Assembly: GCA_964479535.1 (NCBI GenBank) | Contig: CAYZMM010000017.1 | Location: forward strand, 15,995-79,994 | Source of the DNA: an uncultured Thermodesulfobacteriota bacterium | Lineage (GTDB): Bacteria > Desulfobacterota > DSWW01 | Reading direction: 5' to 3' | Length of the DNA stretch: 64,000 bases | In this document: positions 16,622 to 26,416 of the stretch, one piece after another | Layout: the number at the start of each line of letters is the position of its first letter | Position numbering within the stretch: position 1 is the first letter of the stretch | Translations under genes and position numbers: made by a program | The notes under the pieces: generated by a model | The model's database searches: none | Seen by the model: the letters and a program-made list of their open reading frames with translations, nothing else | What the model was told of the DNA's origin: nothing

Positions 16622-18526
16622 ATGCACCATGAAGAGGACAGACAGTGGGAGAAGCTCACGGTGGAACCGGAGCGGGTCCTCGACAAGATCGAAGCGGGCA
16701 TGAGCATTTTTCTGAGCACGGGTGTGGCGGAACCGAGGACCCTGGTGAAGCTCATGATGGAAACCGAGGCATCGAACCTGGAAGACCTCGAGTTGATCCA
16801 GGTGATCAGCCTGAGCGACGCCATCTCCCTGGACGGCCTCTCCGCCCAGAAGTACCGTTTGAAGACCTTCTTCTCCGGCTGGGTGGCCAGCGAAGCGATC
16901 ACAGAAGGCCGGGTGGATCTCATCCCGAGCCGTTTCTCCGAGATTCCCCGGTTGATCGATTCCGGGTACATTCCGATCGACGTTGCCATCGTACAGATTA
17001 CACCCCCGAACGAAGCGGGCTACTGCAGCCTGGGGGTGGCCGTCGACGTGGCGCGCTATGCCATGGAGAAGGCCTCTCTTCTCGTGGGAGAGATCAACCC
17101 GCAGGTGCCCATCACCTTCGGGGACACCTTTGTACCGATCGCGGATTTCGACCTGCTCGTGAGCGCGACGGAACAGCCCATCTATTTCAACCGCTGGCCC
17201 ATGCACGATGTCTTCGACCGCATCGCCGCGAACGTGGCCGCCGAGATCGAGGACGGCAGCTGCATCGCCTTCTCCATCGGCCCCCTCTTCGAGGCGCTGA
17301 GCACCCACCTGGTCCACAAGCGAAACCTGGGCGTTCACTCGCCCTTCTTCACGGACGCCCTGATGGACCTCGTCAAGAGCGGTGCCGTCACGAACCGGAA
17401 CAAGGAGGTCTTCCGGGGAAAGTCCGTCACCTCCTACAGCCTCGGCACCCCGGACCTGATGTGCTGGCTGAACCGCAACCCCCTCATCGAGTTCCAGAGC
17501 ATCGACAAGGTCTTCAGCCCGCAGCAGATCGGCCGCAACTCGCGTTTCGTCTGCGTGCTTCCGGCTCGCAAGGTGGATCTGTCCGGCCGGGTTTCCCTGC
17601 ACGTGGGAAAAGGCAACGTGGCCGCAGGACCGGAAAACGCCGTTGACTTCGTGAACGGTGCGGAACTCTCCCGCGGCGGGCGCGCCGTGTTCGCTCTGCC
17701 CAGCCGGAACCTCAGGGGGGAGCCGAACGTCCGGATCTCGGTGGAGGAGTTTCCGAACGAATTCGCGCTTCGGGAAGCCATCGACATGGTGGTCACCGAA
17801 TTCGGCGCGGCCTACCTGAAGGGGCGCACCGTCCGGGAACGGGCACAGGCCCTGATCGATGTGGCCCACCCGGACGATCGTCCGGGGCTCGTCGAGAAGG
17901 CGAAGGAGAAGAGGATTCTCTACCCGGACCAGATCTACCTGGTCGAGTCGGCGCACCTCTACCCCGAAGGGATCGCCACCAAGCACACCTTCCGGGGGGG
18001 TGTGGAGGTCCGGTTCCGGGCGATCAAACCCTCGGACGAGGAGGAAATGCGGCGCCTCTTCTACCGGTTCTCCGACGAGTCGGTCTACTATCGCTACTTC
18101 AGCCCGATCAAGGCGATGCCCCACGCCAAGATGCAGGAGTACGTGAACGTCGATTTCAGCCAGACCATGCCCATCGTCGGCCTCGTGAGCAACTCCGGGG
18201 AAGGGCACATCATCGCCGAGGCGAGATTCGTCCGGGAGCGGCATCGCCCTTATGCGGAAGTGGCCTTTGTCGTGGACGAGGAATACCAGGGGCTGGGCAT
18301 CGCAACGTACCTGTTCAAGCGGCTTGTCCAGCTGGCCAAGCAACAGGGCATCAAGGGCTTCACGGCCGACGTCCTGGCCACCAACAAGGGAATGATGAAG
18401 GTCTTCGAGAAGTCCGGCCTGCCCATCAAGGCGCAGATGGAGTACGGGATCTACAACCTGACCATCCTGCTCGATTCCGAAGGACCCCGCTCCGGGGAAG
18501 ACGCCCCGCTTCCGGAGGAAGAATAG
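16622..18526 (+). CDS. Acetyl-CoA hydrolase/transferase family domain fused to a Pat-type GNAT acetyltransferase domain
   Basis: N-terminal ~430 aa are 4-hydroxybutyrate CoA-transferase-like (IFLSTGVAEP..., SLGVAVDV). The C-terminal GNAT (FRAIKPSDEEEMRRLFYRFSDESVYYRYF...YQGLGIATYLF) is homologous to the end of gene 1..1227. Confidence 0.85.
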   Translation: MHHEEDRQWEKLTVEPERVLDKIEAGMSIFLSTGVAEPRTLVKLMMETEASNLEDLELIQVISLSDAISLDGLSAQKYRLKTFFSGWVASEAITEGRVDLIPSRFSEIPRLIDSGYIPIDVAIVQITPPNEAGYCSLGVAVDVARYAMEKASLLVGEINPQVPITFGDTFVPIADFDLLVSATEQPIYFNRWPMHDVFDRIAANVAAEIEDGSCIAFSIGPLFEALSTHLVHKRNLGVHSPFFTDALMDLVKSGAVTNRNKEVFRGKSVTSYSLGTPDLMCWLNRNPLIEFQSIDKVFSPQQIGRNSRFVCVLPARKVDLSGRVSLHVGKGNVAAGPENAVDFVNGAELSRGGRAVFALPSRNLRGEPNVRISVEEFPNEFALREAIDMVVTEFGAAYLKGRTVRERAQALIDVAHPDDRPGLVEKAKEKRILYPDQIYLVESAHLYPEGIATKHTFRGGVEVRFRAIKPSDEEEMRRLFYRFSDESVYYRYFSPIKAMPHAKMQEYVNVDFSQTMPIVGLVSNSGEGHIIAEARFVRERHRPYAEVAFVVDEEYQGLGIATYLFKRLVQLAKQQGIKGFTADVLATNKGMMKVFEKSGLPIKAQMEYGIYNLTILLDSEGPRSGEDAPLPEEE

Positions 18527-18599
18527 GGCCTCCCCCGGCTCACAGGGCGGCCGGCGTCTCTTGCACCGTCCGATCGGGGCGGCAAAGGGAGGGAGCGTC

Positions 18600-19076
18600 A
18601 TGCCCGCATTCAAGAAGATCCTGTTTCCGGTGGATCTGTCCGAGGTTTCTTCAGCGATCATCCCTTTCGTGACCACCATGGCCGAAACCTTCCGGGCGGA
18701 ATTGCACGTTCTCTTCGTGGCGCGCATCTTCAAGTACTACGACACCATCTATGTACCGCCCATGTCCATCCTGGAATTCGAGGAGAAGATTCTCGCCGGC
18801 GGCAAACAGCGCCTGGATGAATTCGTCGAGGAGCACCTGAAGGAGTGTGATGTCGCTGTCGCAAGAGTCACGGCCGGGGACCCGGCCGAGGAGATCATCG
18901 GATACATCGAGTCGGAAGGGATCGATCTGGTAGTCATGGGCACCCACGGCCGCAAAGGGCTGGACCGGGTCCTCTTCGGCAGCGTGGCCAATCACGTGGT
19001 CACCACCTCCCCCGTCCCGGTCATGACCGTGAACCCCTATAGACAGAAGAAGCAAAATACCTTTACGGAAGTTTAA
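18600..19076 (+). CDS. Universal stress protein
   Basis: FKKILFPVDLSE...VMGTHGRKGLDRVLFGSVANHVV. RBS AAAGGGAGGGAG. Confidence 0.9.
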   Translation: MPAFKKILFPVDLSEVSSAIIPFVTTMAETFRAELHVLFVARIFKYYDTIYVPPMSILEFEEKILAGGKQRLDEFVEEHLKECDVAVARVTAGDPAEEIIGYIESEGIDLVVMGTHGRKGLDRVLFGSVANHVVTTSPVPVMTVNPYRQKKQNTFTEV

Positions 19077-19163
19077 CGTCTTCATGATCCTGGTCTGCTA
19101 GGAATCGAGGGCTGGAGCAGATACCCGAACGGACCTGAGATGAGAACGGAGGGAGTCGGAGAA

Positions 19164-20384
19164 ATGGAGAAGACCTTGCTCGACCGGCTGATCGTCCTGG
19201 CCCTGGCCACACTGTTGACCGGAGGATGCCTCGAGATCGCGGCAACACCCCCGGAAGGGGAATGGTACAAGGGAGATCTCCACTGCCACTCCCTGCACAG
19301 CGACGGGGACAGCCCCGTGCAGGACGTCGTCGCCGTTGCCGAATCGAGGGGCCTGGATTTCTTCGTCATCACCGACCATGACGGAAACATGGACGGATCG
19401 CCCACGCAGTGGTACGACCCGGACTATGGTTCCGACGGGATGGTCATGCTCTACGGGGTGGAGTGGACGACCGGCGCGGGGCATGCCAACGTATGGGCGG
19501 CCGATCCCTTCGACTATACGGACCTCTGGCTCGCCAACCGCGCACAGGATGCTCAGGCGGCGGTCGACGCCGCGCACGACCAGGGCGCTCTCTTCTCCAT
19601 CAACCACCCGAGTGCCTTTCTCTGCTGCCCCTGGGAATGCGAGGAATACGAGGGCGTGGACAGCATCGAAATCTGGAACGCCATGTATCTTCTGCCGAAT
19701 TTCAATTTCGTTTCCGTGAAGAGCTTCTGGGACAACCACCTCCTGGCCGGCAGGCGAATCCCCGGCGTGGGGGGAAGCGATACCCATCAGCTCGTCGGCT
19801 TCGAATCCAACTTCCTCCGCCTTGCGGAACCCACCACCTGGGTCTTTGCAGAGGAGCGGACAGCCGATGCAGTCATCGCCGGAATTCAGGCCGGCCGTGT
19901 ATCCGTGACCGACGAGCCCGGAAGCCCTCGCATCGATTTCACGGCGGACACGGACGGAGACGGGGTTTTCGAGACGATCATGGGGGACAACGTGGTCCTG
20001 GCCGGAGAAGCGCTCGTCGACCTGCGTATCCGGGTCGTGTCGCACGACCTCCTTGACACCACGGCGACTACGGAGGATCTCACAAACCGGCTCGCTTCGG
20101 CGGATGAGGAGGGAGAAGCCGGGGCCGCAGAGGAACTCGTCTCCGCCTTCCTGAACGGTGGAGAGTACCTGGTCGTCCTGAGGAGAAACGGAGACCTGCA
20201 CGGCCTCTGGAGGGCCCATGGGGATGCGGCCCGGATCGACCTGGCCGAGAGAATCGACCCGTCCGACCGGGTCTACTACCGGGTCGAGCTTCTCGGAGCG
20301 TCTACGTTCGACTTCGTGAACACGCTGCTCAGGGGATACACCAAGGCCCTGTCGAACCCCATCTATTTCAACTATCCGGACTGA
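19164..20384 (+). CDS. PHP-domain metallohydrolase (CehA/McbA-like), probable lipoprotein
   Basis: Lipobox LLTGGC. GDLHCHSLHSDGD and FFVITDHD PHP motifs. Confidence 0.8.
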   Translation: MEKTLLDRLIVLALATLLTGGCLEIAATPPEGEWYKGDLHCHSLHSDGDSPVQDVVAVAESRGLDFFVITDHDGNMDGSPTQWYDPDYGSDGMVMLYGVEWTTGAGHANVWAADPFDYTDLWLANRAQDAQAAVDAAHDQGALFSINHPSAFLCCPWECEEYEGVDSIEIWNAMYLLPNFNFVSVKSFWDNHLLAGRRIPGVGGSDTHQLVGFESNFLRLAEPTTWVFAEERTADAVIAGIQAGRVSVTDEPGSPRIDFTADTDGDGVFETIMGDNVVLAGEALVDLRIRVVSHDLLDTTATTEDLTNRLASADEEGEAGAAEELVSAFLNGGEYLVVLRRNGDLHGLWRAHGDAARIDLAERIDPSDRVYYRVELLGASTFDFVNTLLRGYTKALSNPIYFNYPD

Positions 20385-20539
20385 GGTGCCGCGAACCTCC
20401 CGCATCTCCGCTCCGAAGGCCACCCCTGTGCCGAGGGGCTATCGCGGAATTCCATAGACAGGCCGTGTCGCCGGGTCTATAGTGGGGCAGACCCGCATGC
20501 AGCGGTCGAAGTTCGACGTTCAAACGGAGGGAACAGGAA

Positions 20540-21751
20540 ATGCTGTGGGAATTACAGAAGGCATCCTACAGAGCCTTCCAGGTCGTGATGAAAGGCGTCC
20601 TGATGATTCTTCCCTATCCCGTGCCGGAGTTGTTCACCGGTGCCGGATCGCTGGGCAGGCTGCCGGGAAGCATCCGGGCCAACGGCCTGCGTCACATCCT
20701 GGTGGTGACGGACAGGGGTCTGGTGGCCGCCGGTCTCGTACAGCGGCTGTCGGACATGCTCGAACAGGACGGCGTCTCCTTCACCCTCTTCGACGATGTA
20801 CAGCCGAATCCGACCCTTCAGAACGTCGAGGACGGTCTGCGACTCTACGTGGAGAACAGGTGTGACGGGATCGTCGCCTTCGGCGGGGGTTCGCCCATGG
20901 ATTGCGCCAAACTGATCGGGGCGCGGGCCGCGAACCCGAAGCGCTCCGTACAGGCCATGAGAGGATTGTTCAAGGTACGAAAGAAGCTTCCGCCCCTCTT
21001 CGCCGTGCCGACCACGGCCGGCACGGGATCGGAGACGACGGTCGCAGCGGTGATCAGCGACCCGCAGACGCACGAGAAGTTCGCCGCGGTGGATCTCAAG
21101 CTGGTTCCCCCTTTCGCCGTGCTCGACCCGGAGCTGATGCTCGGGCTGCCTCCTCACATCACGGCGGCAACCGGCATGGACGCGCTCACCCATGCTGTCG
21201 AGGCCTATATCGGAGGTTACAAGACGAGGTTCACGGACGAAAACGCGGAGAAGGCGACCCGGATCATCTTCGACGACCTGGAGGCGGTCTACAGAGACGG
21301 TTCCGATCTGGAGAAACGGAACAACATGGCTCTTGCATCGTTCTACGCAGGCTCCGCTTTTACCCGCGCCTACGTGGGCTACGTGCACGCGATCGCCCAC
21401 AACATGGGCGGACTCTACGGGGTCCCCCACGGCCTGGCGAACGCGATCATCCTTCCCCACGTGCTCCGTTTCTCCAGGAGAGAAGCAGAAGAGAAGCTGG
21501 CCCGTCTCGCACGCACCGTCGGACTTGGCACGGTTGCGGATTCGGACGAAGAACTCTCTTATCGGCTCATCGAAAGAATCGAGGAGATGAACCGGAACAT
21601 GGACATCCCGACCTTCATCAAGGAGCTTCGGGAAGAGGACATTCCTCTGATCGCGGAACGGGCCCTGAAGGAGGGAAACCCCGAATACCCCGTGCCCCGC
21701 CTCATGAACCGACGGGAATGTGAAACCCTGGTTCGGCAGCTGCTCCCGTAG
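20540..21751 (+). CDS. Iron-containing alcohol dehydrogenase
   Basis: AFGGGSPMDCAK, VPTTAGTGSE and HAIAHNMGG motifs. Confidence 0.9.
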   Translation: MLWELQKASYRAFQVVMKGVLMILPYPVPELFTGAGSLGRLPGSIRANGLRHILVVTDRGLVAAGLVQRLSDMLEQDGVSFTLFDDVQPNPTLQNVEDGLRLYVENRCDGIVAFGGGSPMDCAKLIGARAANPKRSVQAMRGLFKVRKKLPPLFAVPTTAGTGSETTVAAVISDPQTHEKFAAVDLKLVPPFAVLDPELMLGLPPHITAATGMDALTHAVEAYIGGYKTRFTDENAEKATRIIFDDLEAVYRDGSDLEKRNNMALASFYAGSAFTRAYVGYVHAIAHNMGGLYGVPHGLANAIILPHVLRFSRREAEEKLARLARTVGLGTVADSDEELSYRLIERIEEMNRNMDIPTFIKELREEDIPLIAERALKEGNPEYPVPRLMNRRECETLVRQLLP

Positions 21752-21755
21752 GCTC

Positions 21756-21923
21756 CTTAGTACTCCATCTCATAAATACGGTGACGCACCGAGGATGCCG
21801 AGGCGCCCGGCAGGCAAGGCGCGAGGAGGGCGAATACCGGGAGTATTTAACCGACGAGCAACGCAGCCTGCCGGGATGGATCGGCATCCGAATGCCACCG
21901 TATTGTTGAGATGGAGTACTTAG
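21756..21923. repeat. 168-nt nested inverted-repeat (MITE-like / structured RNA) element
   Basis: 28-nt terminal arms pair 25/28 (21756-21783 with 21896-21923). Inner stems are GGATGCCGA/TCGGCATCC and CCCGGCAGGC/GCCTGCCGGG, plus an apical AATAC-CGGGA-GTATT hairpin. Confidence 0.55.
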
Positions 21924-22177
21924 CCGCCAAAGAGGACGAACAACAATCCGGCGAGGATCAGCAGGCCGAAGGCGATCCAGATGATGTAGCGTCGGCGATG
22001 CTTTCGATCTTGTACAACCCTCTCCTCTCCGTTGAGACCCGCCTCCTTCAGCCGACGCTCGATTTCCTTCCAGGGCAGGTAATCCCAATCCCAGTGGGCC
22101 GTGTGCCGAGTCTTGACATTTTCCTCGTACACGCGAGGTTTCTTCTTCTCACGGGACATGCTCGAACCACCCATCAA
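21920..22177 (-). CDS. Small C-terminally membrane-anchored hypothetical protein
   Basis: C-terminal TM IIWIAFGLLILAGLLFVLF. ATGA overlap with the upstream small ORF. The stop codon lies inside the right arm of the hairpin element. Confidence 0.5.
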   Translation of the reverse strand: MMGGSSMSREKKKPRVYEENVKTRHTAHWDWDYLPWKEIERRLKEAGLNGEERVVQDRKHRRRYIIWIAFGLLILAGLLFVLFGG

Positions 22178-22377
22178 ATGCGAAGGTCTTCCTCTTCTGT
22201 CCGATCCAGCCGTGCACAGGATCCTTCGTTCTGTGCTTCACTGCCATGACACACGCAGTGGCCGCAGGTGGGCCTTGCCGCCTCCCCGTCGTCGGACCTG
22301 CTCTTGCTGAAGAAGACGAGCAAGAACACTGCAAATACACATATTGTGGCTGCCAGCACAAAAAGGAGCTCCGTCAT
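22174..22377 (-). CDS. Small membrane protein with Cys-rich tail (FeoB-associated Cys-rich-like)
   Basis: MTELLFVLAATICVFAVFLLVFF TM, then CGHCVCHG. RBS GGGGGAG before the ATG at 22377. Confidence 0.4.
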   Translation of the reverse strand: MTELLFVLAATICVFAVFLLVFFSKSRSDDGEAARPTCGHCVCHGSEAQNEGSCARLDRTEEEDLRI

Positions 22378-22475
22378 TGACTCCCCCATATGAACCCATT
22401 ACTATCCTTCATGGATGCAATGCATCGTCCCATCATGGTACCGGAAAAGGAAGGGACGTATCAAGGAGGAAGGGC

Positions 22476-22961
22476 ATGAAGACCGCAGAAGACATCGTCA
22501 AGGACAAGGACCCCCACATCGTGTCGATGGCCCATGACGAGACCATTCACAGGGCCTGCCAGATCATGGTGGAGAACGGAATCGGAGCGACACTGGTTAC
22601 GAAGGATGAGGAAATCGTCGGGATATGGACGGAGCGCGATCTGCTGCGCAGTACGGCGGAAGAGGGTTTCGACCCGAAGACGGCCAGAGTCGGTGATTAC
22701 ATGAGCGCTCCCATTCGTACCGCACCCCACACCACCCACATTTACAGACTTGCGGAGATGTTCCTCGGCTTGTTTCTCCGTCATCTGGTCATCGAAAAGG
22801 AGGACCAGTACATCGGGTTCATTTCGATCGGGGATGTGCTGAGAGCCACCCTCCTCGAGAAGGATCGCCAACTGAGAGAGATCAACGCCCTGGCAAGCTG
22901 GGACTATTATGAAAACTGGAAATGGGGCCGGAAGAAGAAGGAGAAGGAGAAGACGAAATGA
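22476..22961 (+). CDS. CBS domain pair protein
   Basis: Two CBS-like repeats (IVSMAHDETIHRACQIM...GATLV and IRTAPHTTHIYRLAEMF...HLVI). RBS AAGGAGGAAGGG. Confidence 0.85.
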   Translation: MKTAEDIVKDKDPHIVSMAHDETIHRACQIMVENGIGATLVTKDEEIVGIWTERDLLRSTAEEGFDPKTARVGDYMSAPIRTAPHTTHIYRLAEMFLGLFLRHLVIEKEDQYIGFISIGDVLRATLLEKDRQLREINALASWDYYENWKWGRKKKEKEKTK

Positions 22962-22973
22962 CGCTTCTTCAGC

Positions 22974-24203
22974 TCATCCCCCGAAGTCGTCGAAGGCGAT
23001 CATCTCCGGTTCGACGCCCAGGCTGTCCAGCATCTGCTGGACGGCTTCGAGCATGAGGGGCGGCCCGCAGATGTAGTATTCGATCTCGGCGGGGTCCGGG
23101 TGATCTTTCAGGTACTCGTCATGTGCGACCTGGTGGATGAAGCCGACCAACCCGTCCCATTCGTCTTCCGGCTGGGGGTCGGAGAGGGCCACGTGGTAGG
23201 AGAAGTTCTCGAAATTGCGGTCCAGATCCTTGAATTCCTCGTCATAAAACATCTCACTCCTGGAGCGGGCGCCGTACCAGAAGGTCATCTTACGGTCGGT
23301 TCCTTCCGTCAACAGGTTGTGAAAGATATGTGCCCGCAAGGGGGCCATGCCGGCACCGCCGCCGATGAAGCACATCTCCCGCCCCGTCTTCTTGACGAAG
23401 AAATCGCCGTAAGGACCGCTTAGCGTCACGCGATCTCCCGGCTTCAGCGTGAAGAGGTAAGACGATGCCACGCCGGGTGGGATGTCGGTCGCACCGGGCG
23501 GCGGCGTGGCGACCCGGATCGTAAACCGCAGTTCTTCTTCGGCCGGGGTGTTGGCCATGGAATAGGCCCGGTAAACCGGTTCCTCGCTGCGCGCCTTCAG
23601 GCCCCAGAAATCGAAGCGGTCCCAGACCTTCTTGTAGGTTTCGCCTACGTGGATCTCGCGGTAGGAGCGCTCGTATTCCGGAATGTCGATCTGAACGTAC
23701 GAGCCGGTCTCGAAGCCCATCTTCTGTCCCGGATCGAGCCGAAGCCTCAATTCCTTGATGAAGGAGGCCACGTTCTCATTGGACACCACCGTGGCATCGT
23801 ACTTCTTTATGTTGAAGATCTCGTCCGGAATGCGAATCTTCAGGTCCTCCTTGACCTTAAGCTGGCAGGACAGGCGGATGTTGTCGAGTTTCTCGCTCCG
23901 GCTCAGGTGAGCCAGTTCGGTCGGCAGGATGTCCCGTCCGCCCTCGGTGACCTTGCACTTACACACGCCGCAGCTGCCTTTTCCGCCGCAGGCCGAGGGC
24001 AACAGGATATCGTTCTGTGCCAACGCCGCCAGGAGCGTCGTCCCGGTGGGGGCACGGATCGTCCTGTCGGGGTCGTCGTTGATGACGATCCTGCGGTCGC
24101 CCTTCAAAACGACTCTGGATTCGACAAGCAGGAGGACACCGACCAGCGCAATCACGACGCCCAGGAAAACCGCCATCGCGATGAGATAGGTGTCGAGCAT
24201 CAT
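22974..24203 (-). CDS. nqrF: Na+-translocating NADH:quinone oxidoreductase subunit F
   Basis: N-terminal TM, 2Fe-2S motif [15 protein letters not shown] motif RAYSMAN, and an NADH-binding GGGAGMAP. The MMLDTY start overlaps the nqrE stop (ATGA). Confidence 0.95.
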   Translation of the reverse strand: MMLDTYLIAMAVFLGVVIALVGVLLLVESRVVLKGDRRIVINDDPDRTIRAPTGTTLLAALAQNDILLPSACGGKGSCGVCKCKVTEGGRDILPTELAHLSRSEKLDNIRLSCQLKVKEDLKIRIPDEIFNIKKYDATVVSNENVASFIKELRLRLDPGQKMGFETGSYVQIDIPEYERSYREIHVGETYKKVWDRFDFWGLKARSEEPVYRAYSMANTPAEEELRFTIRVATPPPGATDIPPGVASSYLFTLKPGDRVTLSGPYGDFFVKKTGREMCFIGGGAGMAPLRAHIFHNLLTEGTDRKMTFWYGARSRSEMFYDEEFKDLDRNFENFSYHVALSDPQPEDEWDGLVGFIHQVAHDEYLKDHPDPAEIEYYICGPPLMLEAVQQMLDSLGVEPEMIAFDDFGG

Positions 24204-24808
24204 AAAGATATCCCGGCAAACAGCATGAACCCTATGGCGATCAAGCCGGTGGTGATCATATTGATGGCGAACCCCTGGAGTCCCCGGGGAATATCCGCAT
24301 ATCGCAGCTTTCTCAAGATGGCCGCCATGGAGATGATGGCCAGCGCCCACCCGACACCGGAGCCGAACCCGTAGACCACCGTCTCGCTGAACGTGTACGT
24401 ACGCTCGACCATGAACAGAGAGACGCCCAGGATGGCACAGTTGACGGTGATCAGCGGCAAAAAGACGCCCAGGGCCGTGTAGAGGCCGGGCGAAAACCGG
24501 TCGATGACCATTTCGAGGGCCTGGACGATGGCGGCAATGGTCGCGATGAAGAGCACGAGTTTCAGAAAGCTCAGATCGACGGCGGGCATTCCGGCCCATT
24601 TCAGCGCGCCGGGACCCAGCAGAAAGTTGTAGATCACCCAGTTGGCCGGCGTGGTGATGGTCAACACGAAGACCACGGCGATCCCGAGGCCGACGGCGGT
24701 CTGCATGTTCTTGGAAACCGCCAGAAAGGAGCACATCCCCAGGAAGTACGCCAACAGGATGTTACCCACGAAGATCGACTCGAGCAGGATGCTGATCAGG
24801 TTTTCCAT
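24200..24808 (-). CDS. nqrE: Na+-NQR subunit E
   Basis: RnfA/NqrE-type polytopic protein ([22 protein letters not shown]). Confidence 0.95.
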   Translation of the reverse strand: MENLISILLESIFVGNILLAYFLGMCSFLAVSKNMQTAVGLGIAVVFVLTITTPANWVIYNFLLGPGALKWAGMPAVDLSFLKLVLFIATIAAIVQALEMVIDRFSPGLYTALGVFLPLITVNCAILGVSLFMVERTYTFSETVVYGFGSGVGWALAIISMAAILRKLRYADIPRGLQGFAINMITTGLIAIGFMLFAGISL

Positions 24809-24847
24809 CTTCCCTCGCCCTGTAAGCCGGTCGGCCCGCAACCCGAG

Positions 24848-25507
24848 CTATTCTTTATCCAGCAGCGTATTCTCCAGCCATACGAACAGCCCGATGATGA
24901 TGAAGGCGCCCGGCGCCAGTACCATCAAGCCGTTGTTCACATAGCCGAGTTCGTAAAATGCATCGGGCACCACCTGGAATCCGAGCAGCTTGCCCGAGCC
25001 GAGCAATTCCCTGAAGAAAGCAACGCCGATCAGGATCGAACTGTATCCGATGCCGTTCGCAATGCCGTCCATGAAGGAACGAAAAGGGGGATTGCTCAGT
25101 GCGTACCCCTCGGCCCGTCCCAGGACGATGCAGTTGGTGATGATCAACCCGACGAAAACAGAAAGCTGTTTGCTGATGTCGTACATGAACGCCTTGAGCA
25201 CCTCGTCGGCCATGATCACCAGGGTGGCAATCACGGCCACCTCGACGATGATGCGGATGTTTCGAGGGATCACGCTGCGCATGCTCGAAATGGCCAGATT
25301 GGAGAAGGCGACCACGAAGGTCAGGGCCATACTCATGACGATGGCGGTGTTAAGCTGTACGGTGACCGCCAGGGCGGAGCAGATTCCGAGGATCTGTTTG
25401 GAGATCGGGTTTGCTTCCCACAGGGCGCGCACGACGTCCTTGAAGGCCTTGGTCTTCCGGATCGCAATCCAGGGACGCATAAGGGTTCCGTTCATCCTCC
25501 TCTCCAT
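24848..25507 (-). CDS. nqrD: Na+-NQR subunit D
   Basis: [17 protein letters not shown] and [14 protein letters not shown] motifs. An ATG at 25495 is an alternative start. Confidence 0.95.
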   Translation of the reverse strand: MERRMNGTLMRPWIAIRKTKAFKDVVRALWEANPISKQILGICSALAVTVQLNTAIVMSMALTFVVAFSNLAISSMRSVIPRNIRIIVEVAVIATLVIMADEVLKAFMYDISKQLSVFVGLIITNCIVLGRAEGYALSNPPFRSFMDGIANGIGYSSILIGVAFFRELLGSGKLLGFQVVPDAFYELGYVNNGLMVLAPGAFIIIGLFVWLENTLLDKE

Positions 25508-25687
25508 CCGGGAGGCTGCCCCAAAAGTCCCATCTGCGGCGTTCGGCTTCTCCCCTCGTCATTCAACGTACAGAAAGTACGCTTCATTCCTCGGGCTTTC
25601 GCCTGCCTTGCATCTGGAAGATTTCGAACAGCCTCCTTCAGGTTACTCTTACGAAGGACCGCCAGGCACCGGGACAGCGTGAAAGGA

Positions 25688-26416
25688 TCATTCGGTGTTC
25701 CCGTCCTCGATCGGTGGTTCGTTGATCTGGTTCTTTCGGAACCGGATCGAGACCGGTTCATAGTTCTCCAGAATCTCCTTCAGACCCGCCGTCAGGTATT
25801 TGCCCGTCATGGTGGCACCGCTGATGCCGTCCACGTAGTGGGGCCGCTTTGCGGGCGGCACCGTATCCTGCACGGCACCCTTGGCAATGGCGACCGATAC
25901 GAAGTCGCCGCTGCGGTCCACGATCTTCTTGCCGACCCAGTTCTTCTGGAACCACGCCTTCTCGATTTCACCTCCCAGCCCGGGGGTTTCCGAGTGTTTG
26001 TAAACCGTGAAGCCGGTAATGGTGCTGCCGTCGTCGTCGATGGCCAGGTACCCGTGAATCTTCCCCCACAGCCCCCTGGAGTTGAAGGGCACGATGTAGG
26101 CTTCGATCTCGTCTTCTTTCAGGTACACGTAGAGCGGAAAATCGCTTTCCCCCCGCTCGGATTCGTCGATCAACCGGCCCGACGGATCTACCCAGAGCGG
26201 TTCGATGTATTCATCATACATGGACTCGATGGTCTCGGCCGGAACCTTTTCGCCCTCTTCGACCAGCCCCACCGACCTGAGAATGTTCCGGTGCTTGTCG
26301 ATGCGCATGTTCTTCTGCTGAAACCGGTGGAGACCGGTGGAAGCGGTGGTCAGGATGATGCTGCAAACGAGACAGAGGGCTGCCGCAAACAGGATCGACT
26401 TCAACCGGTCAGACAT
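25688..26416 (-). CDS. nqrC: Na+-NQR subunit C
   Basis: N-terminal TM. ETPGLGG and the covalent-FMN site DGISGATMTG. Confidence 0.9.
   Translation of the reverse strand: MSDRLKSILFAAALCLVCSIILTTASTGLHRFQQKNMRIDKHRNILRSVGLVEEGEKVPAETIESMYDEYIEPLWVDPSGRLIDESERGESDFPLYVYLKEDEIEAYIVPFNSRGLWGKIHGYLAIDDDGSTITGFTVYKHSETPGLGGEIEKAWFQKNWVGKKIVDRSGDFVSVAIAKGAVQDTVPPAKRPHYVDGISGATMTGKYLTAGLKEILENYEPVSIRFRKNQINEPPIEDGNTE

Noticed and set aside
16580-18733. 717-aa minus-strand ORF
   Set aside because: It is the antisense shadow of the CoA-transferase/GNAT fusion and the USP gene.
20454-20480. ATAGAC-N15-GTCTAT inverted repeat upstream of the alcohol dehydrogenase
   Set aside because: It has only 6-bp arms, is single-copy in the window, and cannot be distinguished from chance without comparative data.
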